DNA of 64,000 bases, from the NCBI GenBank assembly GCA_002104905.1, contig MCFE01000165.1, forward strand, positions 62,001 through 126,000, written 5' to 3'. The notes beneath the pieces are model-generated. The model was not told the origin of the DNA. It saw nothing but the letters and a program-made list of their open reading frames with translations, and made no database searches. The DNA comes from Basidiobolus meristosporus CBS 931.73. Lineage: Eukaryota; Fungi; Basidiobolomycota. Position numbers and translations under genes: made by a program. Within the stretch, counting starts at the first letter, position 1, and each line of letters opens with the position of its first letter. Below, piece after piece: positions 41,269-53,366 of this stretch.

Positions 41269-42695
41269 AAACACTTCATCCACTTCTGCAAAATTCATGG
41301 GATAATGCAAAAGACTACTGTATCATACCCCCCACAGCAAAATGGAGTGGCAGAACATGCAAACTGATCAATAAATGGTATTGCAAGATCATAATCCATG
41401 ATCAAAAATTATCCTATGATTTTGGGCAGAATCAGTTGCCCCAGCAGTATACCTTAAAAATAGGAGTGATAACCAAATACTTTGTGATTCTACTCCTTAT
41501 GAAGCAGGGTATGGATACAGACTAAGTGTAGAGCATCTCAGAACTTATGGGTGTACAGCATATGCCAAGAAAATGCCTGGAAATCAATCAAAACTTGAGC
41601 CAAATACTGTTAAATACATGTTTTGGGCTACTGCAATGAGAGTAAGGCATACAGACTTGATAATACCAAGGCAAAAAAGCTGATCAAGTCCAGGGATGTG
41701 TTGTCTGATGAAAACTCAAAATGCTGACATAAAATTACATCAAAGGATGGCAAAAATTTGATTGCAAGTCCACCAATAGTCAGGATTGAGTCAGAGCAAA
41801 ACAATGAGAACTATGCCTATTCAGTCCATATTGATGAGCCCCAGACTGTAAAAGAGGCCCTAAATAGCCCTCAGACAAATTTTTGGAGATCTGCAATGAC
41901 TGAGGCATATCAGGCCCTAATGGAAAATCAAACATGGGACTTAGTCAAATTACCAATCAACCAATCATCAATTGGATGCAGATGGGTCTTCAAGGCAAAA
42001 TACAAGGCTGATGGTGCAATTGAAAGATACAAAGCAAGACTTGTAGCCAAAGAATACTCTCAAACAAAAGGACTTGACTATACTGAGACCTTTGCACTGA
42101 TAGCCAAGTTTAATTCCATCAGATTAATATTGGCTATTGCAGCCAAATATAAGTTTTTTATTCATCAAATGGATGTAAAAACTGCATTTTTGAATGGAGA
42201 ACTTGATTAGGACATGTATATGGACCAGCCTGATAGGTTTGCTGACCAAGATAACCCCTATTTGGTCTGCAAGCTTAAAAATTCTCTATATGATCTCAAA
42301 CAATCACCAAGAGCCTGGAATTGCAAGAGGGATTTATATTTAGAATCTTTGAGTATCAAAAGGAGTAATGCTGACTATAGTATATACTATAAGCCAGATA
42401 GAGCAAATTCAGTTCTATTAGCTCTATATGTGGATGATCTTATTACAGCTCCCAATAACCTAAAAACATTAGAAGAGACTATATCCAGCCTATATAAAGA
42501 GTCAAGATGTCCAATTTAGGAGAACTCAGTTACTACTTAGGGATAAAGTTTTCCATAGACAGAGGTACCCACACTATCACCCTAAGCCAATCCAAGTATA
42601 TTCAAGATATACTGAAGAAGTACCAAATGGAAAACTGTAAACTGGCAGCTACCCCAATGAAGATAAACCTTGACTTGGTCAAAACTCAACAAAGA
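41269..42695 (+). mobile_element. Copia B IN-RT fragment
   Basis: Near-copy of 26740-28143; RT ORFs 41758-42710. Confidence 0.88.
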
Positions 42696-42797
42696 ATGAG
42701 AAGTATATAGTTTACTTGCTCTTTGAATAACTTTGCATATCATCAAGTCTCTAAGAACAACTTTATATCAAATCACCTAATGATATGCAGCAGATTA

Positions 42798-42829
42798 TTG
42801 ATGTCAGTACACTTATGTACTGACATCAA
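42798..42829. repeat. Perfect 14-bp inverted repeat (TTGATGTCAGTACA-ctta-TGTACTGACATCAA)
   Basis: Read directly from sequence. Confidence 0.95.
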
Positions 42830-43645
42830 CTTAGATACTCAGAACCTAGCTTACAAACTTCAGTATTTCCAGCCCAAAGTCTTTGTCAGGATTGACTTCG
42901 TATATTTTCATCAAGATGACGAATGCCCGAAATTGAAATTTCTTGCAATTGATCACAAAACCTTTCGAAGATATAAAATCTACGGAATTGTTAGTCTTAC
43001 AATCAATTGGCTAGGCGGAAGCACACTAAGAAATTGAACAATATATACCTGGATACTCTGCGCGAGAACCTCAATATTCGAGTTTTTCATTGGTGGTTTA
43101 CAGAATATAGCGCAACAACATGGTGATACGAATGATTCGAGTATTTGGACCAAGAACACCACATCTAGTTGTTCAAGTGGTCATATAACACCAAACAGCC
43201 GAAACAGCCGAAACAGCCGACATTGTACTGCTCAGTTGTTACGTACAAGGCATTTGTTGAACCAAAGAGCACATCCACTGCAAATGGCAATAAACCAGTA
43301 CATATAGAGCTGATTCGGTGGGCCGAAATTGGTGATGTCTACCGCTTTATTTGGTGAAGCAGGCATGAATGGATGTTGATGGGATGTTGACGATCGTTAT
43401 CCGTTGATTCGTCCGCTGGTCGGCCATGGTAAGTTCTACGGCTGGCCAATTCAAGCCAATCTATACCGGATTCATCGATATGGGTCACGCGATTAGCCAA
43501 TAGCTCCTCTATCAACAATGCCAGTGAATCACCTTTTCTGTCAAGAGCCACTCTGCTACCAATATGCGGGCGCTGCTCGAGTATATATGTGTGCACCATC
43601 CACTGGTGCGCCACACAATCATTGTTAGTTTGCGATTTACCTGAT

Positions 43646-45348
43646 ATGAAAGCTACCGAGCGAGAGCAGATGCAGGAGCGGTCTGCGTTGTTAGCTGAGC
43701 ATGCGCCTAGAAGGGAGCATCAGGTCCCGTATATTTGGCTTTACTTGTACCACACCTTCAAGTATGTTCCTATCTTTCCCGTCTCTTCATCCCTGTACTG
43801 ATGTCGACACTTTGCATGGCAGCACCTGGAGCGATCGGTTTTACGAGTTTGCCACCTTTGTATTTATCATGGATATCTTCAAGAACACGCTGCTTCCCTC
43901 CTCCCTGTACGGCTTCGTTTTCACCGCCTCTGGGATTCTTTTGAGTAGCTCGGTTGGGAAGTGGATTGACCGGACTCCCAGGCTTCGAGGTAGTACTGCT
44001 TAGGTATCCTCGGGGGTCTAGCAACTAACGTGCGATTCCCTTGTAGCCATTCAGGTTTTCGTTCCAATCAAGCGACTCAGTGTGGCTTTGATATCACTTG
44101 GCTTCATTGTCCTCTTTGCATTTTACGACTATGAAGTCATCCCCGACAGTGCAAAGCCGATGTGTTACACAATCTTTGGTGCCATCGTCCTGCTCGGTGG
44201 TACGCTGAAATTGGCCAGCGTTGGCGCCAGCATTGTGGTGGAGAAGGATTGGCTTGTGGTGATCGCGCAGTCCGATTCCGTCATACTTACGCGTGAGTGC
44301 ATGGTTGTTTTCGGTGGTCACCGATCGTAGGCTCATTAGATGTTGTTAGGCGCAAACTCTTTCATGCGGCGTATCGAGCTTGTCAATAAGATGATCACCC
44401 CGCTGGCTTTTGGCCTGATCGTCTCGCTACGATCCACGATGTTCTGCGTCGTCTTCACGGGCATCTGGTCCATCTTCTCGATGGTGTGTGAGCTGTATCT
44501 GATCAGGAAGGTGTACGACAGCATTCCCTGGCTGTCGGAGACCAAAGAGCCAACATTGGCCCAGTACTTCAGTATCGTCAACCACGAAGATGGTGCTGAG
44601 CTAGGGGAGCAGCTGGATAGACGAGAATCTGAACCGTGGCCCCGACGCCTGTACAATGATTGGCTGGAGTACTACAAGCATCCCATATTCGCCGGTAAGT
44701 GTCTCAGAGGCTGCGGAGTGTTGATGGCGTACTAACGGGGCTGCTTAGTATCCCTTTCGTATGCGATGGTGTACATGTCGGTTTTGAGCGTCGCTGGCAC
44801 CATGGTTTCTTGGCTCAAGTGGAGAGGCTACTCGGACTCCTCGGTTGGCATCATGCGCAGTGTTATGGCGCTGCTGGCCATCCTTGGGACATTCCTGATG
44901 CCCCTGATGTCGCGTTTCTTGGGATTAATGAAAACGGCCCAGATCGCAGTGAGTCTGGAGTGGGTCGCGCTGATCCCAGTGATCATCACATTCTTCTTGA
45001 GCCCCAGCTGGCTCACCACTGTACTACTCATTGGCGGTATCTCGCTCTCGCGAACCTGCGTGTGGATATTCGATCTTAGCCAGATGCAGATTCTCCAGGA
45101 GCAAATTTCCAACGGCCAGACTGGGCTCATCCATGGCTGGCACTTCACGTTGTGCAACTTGTTTGATCTTGGCCAGTTTCTTTTGACCATCATCTGGAGT
45201 GATCCGCGTATCTTCAAGATCCCAGCCATGGTTTCATTTTGCATGGTCTTCTTGGCCGCTTGTACATTCACTAGGTAAGCGTCGGCTGCTGATTTGGTCA
45301 ATTTGGTTGCTAACGTGTGGTTCTAGATTTTACTACCGGTCCTCCTAG
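43646..45348 (+). CDS. FPN1: Ferroportin-like iron-regulated MFS transporter (spliced, ~6 exons)
   Basis: LYLYHTFSTWSDRFYEF, LLPSSLYG, GKWIDRTPRL, VEKDW, MRRIEL, SRTCVWIFDLSQMQILQE match FPN1/SLC40; GT-AG introns keep frame. Confidence 0.85.
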
Positions 45349-46729
45349 ACGGCTGTTCTGTATACTGTATAAATAACCCCTATGCCTCCCATAAACGACA
45401 ATAGACCAAAGATAGTAGAACACCATTCCTTCGGTGGAATCTTCCGCACTTGCCTTATGGTGGAATCTTCCGGACTTACTGCTTTTGACTGAGGATGTGA
45501 GGAGGGAGCGTATTATTCCGAGGATAACGGTTGTTGGTAGTTCATGAACCACAAATAGTAATATATAAATCAATAGTACGCAGATGCGGTTAATCGATGG
45601 TGAAATCGGCTTAGTCGAGTGCGTGACTGATCACTGGCCGGTGTGGTTGATCTGATCACAGAATCTGAGATTTATTAAAGCCCAACGGTCTGGCGACATC
45701 GTATTGGTGGCTATGCCTAGAATCCATTGTATTGGTGGCTATACCTAGAACCCCATGATTCATATCATCTGCAGTAGATACACTGTAACGATTATCTCGC
45801 ACAAAGCAAGCATGAGATGCGAAACAGTTTCACGTAGAGATTAGAGAACAAAACAATCGATTGTTGATGCAGTGTGGTGAGCATTGGCAGCCAACTAACT
45901 CGTACCAACAACCCATTGATGATTAAAGCCACATTCATTTCCGCCACGCAAGAATTCCGTGAAACAAACTACATGGTGATCTGCAGCCTTTGCCGCGACT
46001 TACCGTTATCCCTTGTTTGATGGATATTCTCTATCCATGATGTCAACATTTTCTATCTGTCCGCTGGAAGTTCATCACGCAGATGAAGGGCCTACAGGTG
46101 CATGGTAATGGCTGGAGATAGTCCGAAATGCACAGCACTACAGTCAGGGGAAGGTGATAACGGTCATTGATATTGATCCTTACTGGAATCATACCTCACT
46201 GATTCCTAAAACGATGGGAATAAGCTTCTGTTTCGTTAAACGAGTTGGCTTTGTGACTCGATGTTTTCTGTTCATGCACGATTGGTGCACATGTGACGAG
46301 ATTCTGGAGAACCAACAGTCACACTTATAAATGTACATTAACTTGTTTCTGTACGAATAATATTTCCTAGTGTTACTATACTCTATCGTGCAGTCCTTTG
46401 ATTCTTCCTTCCTTTAGTTCAAGTGCCATTCCATCGACTTTTCTCGGTCGTTTGAGATTTATCTCTCTCTCTCTCTCTTCATACCCTAAACTGCTTTCAT
46501 TCATTAAATCGATATTCCCTATATTATAGAAGCGCACTCACTAGTCTTCGCCACTCTATCCACTTCATTTGATATACACAAGAATGAGCTCCTACTATCA
46601 GAGTGAAACTAAGCTTGGTCAGCTAACTTCACAAAATCCCAGTGAAGAAAGCCTCTATCCTGTTCAACCCGTCACAACTTGGAGTATTTCGCAGGTAAGA
46701 GCCAGGAATTTCCTGTGTAGATCCACCAT

Positions 46730-49700
46730 ATGGAAAGAAATCTAACTTCTCTATTAAAGGAGAAGTCATTTTCCTCAAGACCTTATGATTCACATGGCCA
46801 ATCCGGGTCCGGCCTCCTTCCTCACGATAAGCTAAGCCAACTGAAGCATAATTCTCACAGCTCTGCCTTCAGGGGATTCCCGCATTACTCTGAGGGTGCA
46901 AGCACTCGGTTCAATGCTGATAGGCCCGGCGTTCTAGGATCCCAAAATTCAGGAGTAAACCTGAATGGACGTCGCATGAGTCTTCCCTTCGGAAATAGTA
47001 GGTCTCAGGATCATCACCGCCTTTCCAGACTAGATACACACCTTCACCTCCCAGGTCTGGGTGATTTGCATTCACCTGAGCTAGCCCAACCGAAGCTTCC
47101 GAACTTCCTGTTGAGTGGAGACTATGATTCGCCAGATCTAGAGCATTCAATATATGCGGATTTCTTGAAAAGCACGACAAGCCGGCACCCATGGGAGAAT
47201 ATATCTTCTCCCTATTCTCATTTGTCTCATATGAATACCTCCAGTCTGCATAAAGCAAGCGGAAGAACGCCTGGGCAACCTCACCAACAACAGTGGGGTA
47301 TGAGTCACAGCCATCAAATGAGTGCCGAATTGAATGGACGCTATATTTTCAACCCCGAGAACAATTCCCATACAATATCCGACAGCTTGTGGGATCCGAA
47401 GGGCTCCAATACTGAACTGAAGTACCAAGGTGAGTTGAACCTAGTCCGAATGTGTGGATAGACTTGCTAACCAGGCTCTTTGCTGATATGGTGTAGCAAA
47501 CCAAATCCTCTCTTTGTTGCACTCCCAAGCACCACCGTATGACTTGAATCAAGAGCAGTATTCACATTCGGGTATGTTGGTTTGAAATCGCTAGAGCTCT
47601 TTATGCCCAAAGGCTTATTTTCTTGCGTATCTCTTTTATTCGTACCAACAGGCTATCCACTTAAACAGACTGGTCACGGTATTGTGAATCCCTTAGTATC
47701 CCATTTCGCAGTTTGGTCACTAATCCATGTACTTACCACAGATCAAAATCGGAAATTCCTCTTCGATAAATACTACTCCGAGGAAGTCCTGGCGGAAGGG
47801 TTGCAATTGGGAACTGTTCTAAAAGGGATTTTAAGAATAAATAAACGAAATCGCTCGGATGCGTATGTCGTCACAGAGGAGCTCGATCAGGATGTGTACA
47901 TTTGTGGCAATCGATTGAGAAACCGTGGCTTAGAGGGTGATACAGTGGCCATTACTCTATTAGACCAGCAGCAGGTACAAAGAACTCGTCAGCAGCGTAA
48001 CCGAGAGGCAGAAAGACGCGGTAGAAAGATCAAAGCCACCGACGAAGAGAATGATACCGAGCCAAAATACTATGGTCAGGTAGTCGCCATTTTGCAGCGC
48101 GGTGGAGGCAACGTATATTCTGGGACATTAATGCTGAACCGGCCGAACTCGAAATGTCAGGACTCCGAACAGCCGAAAAACCCTTCGAAGGAGCTGGAAA
48201 AGCCGACCATGAAAAAACCTCGTATTGTGTGGTTCAAACCATCCGACAAAAGACTACCGTTGATGGTTCTTCCTATTGATGAAGCCCCGCCGAATTATAT
48301 GGAGGACCATGTGGAGCATTCGAAACAAATATTTCTGGTTTCTATCAAGCGCTGGCCTCCTACCACTCTACATCCGTTTGCTACCCTAGTCGGAAAGCTC
48401 GGGAGCATCGGGGATATCGAAGCCGAGACTGCCGCCATTCTGGCTGATAATGACATTACCACCGAAGACTTTGACGAAAGCGTACAAAACTGTCTTCCGG
48501 CCATGCCTTGGTCAATCCCAGCGAGTGAATACCAATCGAGAAAAGATCTACGGGAAGATCGCATCTTCACCATCGATCCATCAACCGCCAAAGATCTGGA
48601 TGATGCTGTGTCCTGCAAGCGACTTGAAGATGGAAACTTCCTGATTGGTACACACATTGCTGATGCCTCATACTTTGTACGTCCAGGAACACCGTTGGAC
48701 CGAGAGGCTAGGAAAAGAGCCACTTCAGTTTATTTGATTCAGAAGGTAATACCTATGCTGCCGCCAGTGCTCTCTGAAGAGCTCTGCAGTTTGAACCCAG
48801 GAGTGGACAGACTAGCGTTTTCTGTGATGTGGAAGATGACACCAGATGCCAGGATCATTGACATGTGGTGTGGGAGAACAGTGATCAAATCGTGCGGAAA
48901 GCTTTCCTATGATGATGCGCAGAATGTGATTGAGGGGAATAGTCTTGGCCAGGACGTTCAAGTCTTTGGTCAGTCTCGCGAAGAGGTGGAAAAAGATATC
49001 CGCACTTTCCACAAACTTTCTCTTGCTCTTCGGAAGATGCGCTTTGACAACGGTGCCCTTTCCATCGACTCCATCAGATTGCAATTTGAGCTGGATCAAG
49101 GCTCTATTCCAACCTCGTGCTCGGTCTATAAACTCCAGGATAGCAATCGTCTTATTGAGGAATTTATGCTACTAGCAAACATAACCGTCGCACAACTGAT
49201 CTCCTCGGCATATCCAGAGCAGGCGATCCTCCGTCGACACGCCCCGCCCATCGAAAAGAGGATGAACGAATTTGTCAAGTCGGCCAGAAGCCTGGGCTAC
49301 GACATCGATCCTGAAAATTCTGGAACTTTGCAGCGGTCGCTGGCGGAGATCGAATCCCAGGAGGCTCAACAGATCCTGAAATTGATGTGCATCAAGCCGA
49401 TGCAACGGGCCAAATACTTTTGCACCGGCTTCATGGATGAGGAGGACTTCAAACATTTTGCATTGAACATACCTTTCTATACGCATTTCACCTCTCCGAT
49501 TCGTCGGTACGCAGACATCTTGGTTCATCGCACGTTGCAGCAGGCGCTCGTAGGGAACCCCCGATTCTTCTTGAGTAAAGAGGAGGTTCAAAAGGTTGCC
49601 ATCCAATGCAATGTCAAGAAAGACCACGCGAAAGCAGCCCAGGAGATGAGCTCGCAGCTTTACCTTTCCTATCACTTGAATTCACTGTTGGCGAAGCAGG

Positions 49701-50388
49701 GGGAGATCGAATGCGAAGCGGTGGTGATTGATATTCATGAAAATTCATTCGATGTGTTGGTTCCGAGGTACGGTTTGGAGAAGCGAATTCACCTCGAGAA
49801 ACTCCCCCTCCAAAATGCCATCTTCCGGGCGGACGACGTAAAAACACTTGATCTAGTTTGGACCACGGGCCAGGAAGAGGTCTCTGGAAGAAAGGAAGCG
49901 GAAGAAACCGAGCTTACCGAGGACTACGAGGAGCTTTTAACCGATGACTCCGAAGGCTTGGATATGCAAAGCCTTCGGCTAAAAGACACCCGGCATGACT
50001 CCTGCCCTAGTTCACCAAGATCATACTCCAACGGTAAGATACACAGAATGACCCTGAGCTTTTTGCCTGGCTAACCTTTATTCTCTTAGACTCCATGAGC
50101 GAGATCAACTCTCCCATCTCAGAGTCAAGCAAGACACGGTTTCCGAGCAATGACAGTGTAAGTAGCTACTCTTGCTCGCCCAAGAGCGTAGCACTCGAGG
50201 ACCTGGACATATGCACAAACAGTCTTGGACTGCTTGACCATATTGTGACCTCCAAGTGTGAGGCAGCCTCAAAAGGAGCCAATGTACAAACTCTTCGAGT
50301 CTTTGGTCACCTCCAGGTGTCCATCACAGTAGATATCACCAGATCCCCAGCAGTGATCGGGGTCATTGCCAAGAATCCGTACCACTAG
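46730..50388 (+). CDS. Dis3L2/Ssd1-family RNase II (RNB) protein with long low-complexity N-terminus (spliced; start uncertain, possibly 46584)
   Basis: GILRINKRNRSDAYV..RNRGLEGD cold-shock domain, FKPSDKRLP, FTIDPSTAKDLDDA, NRLIEEFMLLAN, YTHFTSPIRRYADILVHR. Confidence 0.92.
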
Positions 50389-50730
50389 GGGAGCTTGTCT
50401 ATTTATTATTTCCGCCCCCATGGCAAACAACATACCCTTGTAGAGTAGTAGCCATTTTTTGATAACCGAATTCAATATCTCCGCCGACCACTCTTCCCAC
50501 TCGCTACATAATGTAATAGAAGTACCGCTTCAAGAAAATAAACCACGGTATCGTTTGATTCCACCCATGGCTGATTTAAGCGCAATCCATAGCAATGGGG
50601 TTAAGTTACGCATCAGGATTATCCCATCAGTGGGACCCTGAATTGGATTCCCATCACGCTCATGTAGCTCGCTGCTGACCACTCTTGTACCCACTAGCAA
50701 CCACACGCCGCACAACGTAGATCTACCGGT

Positions 50731-52400
50731 ATGAGCTACACCTCAAGATCGGTGTCAAGTTCGCCGTCGCCTCAGATCAACCAAGACACCGCCCCTTCAG
50801 GTGAGTGCTTTGGACCCCACGCAAGGGGACTGACCCAACCGTAAGATTGAGTGGCCAAGCAGCAGCAACAGCACACCTAACCCCACGGCTTGCTTTTCTA
50901 AAACGGGGAACGAACAGTGACCCACCCAGGGAACCACGAAACGCCCAGCGAGCGAAAGCACCATGCGATACGGGAGCGTCTGACCAACCTAAAGAAAGAG
51001 TTTGTTTCCACTCGAAACGGGTACTCCCTCTCTATCCAATGCTTCTTTGACCGCCCCGTTCCTTCCCATACTCACCCTTGTTTCTTGTCCCCTACGGCCC
51101 ATCCTACCCTCTCTTCCCTCCCCTCACCGCTGTCACGCTCTTCTTCTCTTTCGTCACCGTCTCTGTTTCCTCCCCTCCTCCCCTGTGGTTAACTAGGATT
51201 TTCGCGGAGCTGATGTCAAGCTTAGAGAACGAGTTTCGACAAGTGTTTGAAGGTATGTTGGGTGAAAGTGGAAGGTGGAAAGGGAAGGGCGTGGAGTTTG
51301 GTGGGAAAAGGAGGCTCGGGCCCAGTGTTTAGGACGAAGTGAACAAAAAGAGGGCTGGAACGGCTAAACGGGTGTGAGAAACGCCTCCCACCCCACCGCC
51401 AAGGTACGCGGGACCCGAGACTAACGTGGTTTCTGTTGGTTCGGTTGGGCCGGAACCGTAGGGGAGTTCGAAGAATACGCCGAGCAGATAGAGGACCTGG
51501 AGAAGATCTGCGAAGAGAAAATCCTCGCCGCTCAGCTCCACCGGGACCACCACTTGGACCAACTCGAGAAGGATTACGAGGCGGAGTTGGAGCGCGCCCA
51601 ACAGGAGTATCTGGTAAGTGGGTTCCAGACTCGATTGGGATAATCCATATCCTCACGTTGCTTAACATGGATCCCTTCTTCACCCAACTTAACCTTGCCC
51701 TACTCACCATCCCTTGGCCTACACTTTCTCCTCCTCACCCTCACCCTCACCCTCCCTTGACTTTTCCTTCCCCCCCATGGCCTCCCCTCTCCAGAAAGAA
51801 AAGGAGTCCCTGAAGGAACGGATGCTCCTGCAAATCGAGGAGAAAAAGAAGAAACTGCGCGAGGACAAGGATCAGCTGGAGATCAATAACGGTTCGTATC
51901 GGGTCGGGTAGCCCTCTTGCGCCGGATTACTGACGGAGATTCGTGAACAGATATCGCCATTGAGGCCTCCGCCCGGGTCCACACCACGAGGAGGCACCGT
52001 AAGAGAGACGCTCAGCACCCGGAAGGGCGTACGAGCAAGAGACGTCACATGACGGATATCCTTTTCGTGATCGGTCGGCCGAGCTTGTGCTTGTGCTTGT
52101 TAAGTGCTAGTTGACATGTTTCTTCCTTGACTTGATTCCCTCCCCTCTCCCACCCGACGTGATGATCCTTCAGCTTAAAGAGCAGGATATCTCCCAGGAC
52201 GTTGCACTCATACAGAAGGTAAGTCACACTCGGACCCTCCCCTCCCTTCCCCCCCCCCACACCTGTCCTACCCAACACCCATTCATCCGGTCCACTCGTC
52301 CATGTAGCGTACCACCGAGTCCCCGGAAGGGGATGCCGCATCCAGCCACGCTCATGGAGCGACCCATAGAAAATCCACCACCACCAAACACCGACGCTGA
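50731..52400 (+). CDS. SDS3: Sds3/BRMS1-family Sin3-HDAC subunit (8 exons)
   Basis: Spliced frame gives RERLTNLKKEF...ELERAQQEYLKEKESLKERML...LREDKD...LQLKEQDISQDVALIQK, the Sds3-like pattern. Confidence 0.8.
52056..52153 (+). other. U12-type (minor spliceosome) AT-AC intron, 98 nt
   Basis: 5'SS ATATCCTTT, branch site TTCCTTGAC (52123-52131), 3'SS CAC; removal restores the frame, retention gives a stop. Confidence 0.9.
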
Positions 52401-52509
52401 ACCCCTACGACGAATTGAAATTTTATATGTATACTGTGGACATTGTTGAATAAATAGGCGGAGAATCCCTAGATGCGGAGCAATGGATGGGTGGAGGGAT
52501 CGGGTTGGG

Positions 52510-52620
52510 ATGAAGTGGAGTGGAGTGGAGTGGAGTGGAACATGAGCGAAGGGAAGGGAAAGAAGATGGAAAGGGAAAGGGAAATGGAAGGGAAGTGGAG
52601 GTGGAGGTGGAGGTGAGATA
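52510..52620. repeat. Purine-rich simple repeats (GGAGT)n, GGAA(A)-rich, (GGAGGT)n
   Basis: Read directly; intergenic. Confidence 0.85.
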
Positions 52621-53015
52621 TGGGTGGAGTTAGCACTGAGGCTGACCGACATCACCACCACCAATTTTACCAAATCCGCCGAATCCCACCACAATCGCCA
52701 CCTCTCCCCCAAGTGAAACCGAGCTCGAGCTAGAGCTAGAGTTCGAGGGTGGATTTTAATGAATTCCTTTATTGAACTCCATTAAATCCGATCCATCACA
52801 CCCGTTTCGACCGCCATGACGAAATGACAGGCTCGCCTCGGAACGGGCCTAGACCGCGTCTAGATTCCGCGCAGCGATTCGATGCGAGGCGAGGAGGTCG
52901 CCGGCAGCAGTGCAGCGCCGGTCTGGCAAGGCGGAGCGAAGGTTATTTAAGGTTACGCTCGGCGTACAGCATTCCTTAGAATCCCCAATCACCCACCCAC
53001 ACCCACACACCCGTC

Positions 53016-53366
53016 ATGTCTTCCAAACGTATGCTGCTAACCCTGTTCGGCGCCAAGGGGTGCGACCTCTGCCACGAAGCCAAGAACACCCTGCTCAAAG
53101 TGCGGAGAATTGTAAGTACCTCACGTAGTTGTTGACCCCACGTACCCCACACCCCACACCCACTCACCCGGGATTCCCATTTCCTTACGCAGTACCCGTT
53201 CGAGTTCAAGGAGATCGACATCAACCAGCCGGAGAACAAGAAGTGGGAGAAGTACACGTTCGACATCCCCGTGCTGCACCTGAACGGGGAGGAGATCATG
53301 ATGCACTCGGTGGACGAGAAGAAGCTGACGGACCAGCTGAAGAAGAAGATGTCCGAGCCCCAGTGA
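53016..53366 (+). CDS. Small glutaredoxin-like protein (DUF836/YDR286C-like), 2 exons, ~89 aa
   Basis: MSSKRMLLTLFGAKGCDLCHEAK...EIDINQPENKKWEKYTFDIPVLHLNG; CxxC motif. Confidence 0.9.

Noticed and set aside
43515-43535. CAGTGA iron-responsive-element loop upstream of ferroportin
   Set aside because: Flanks do not form the stem; the IRE/IRP system is metazoan.
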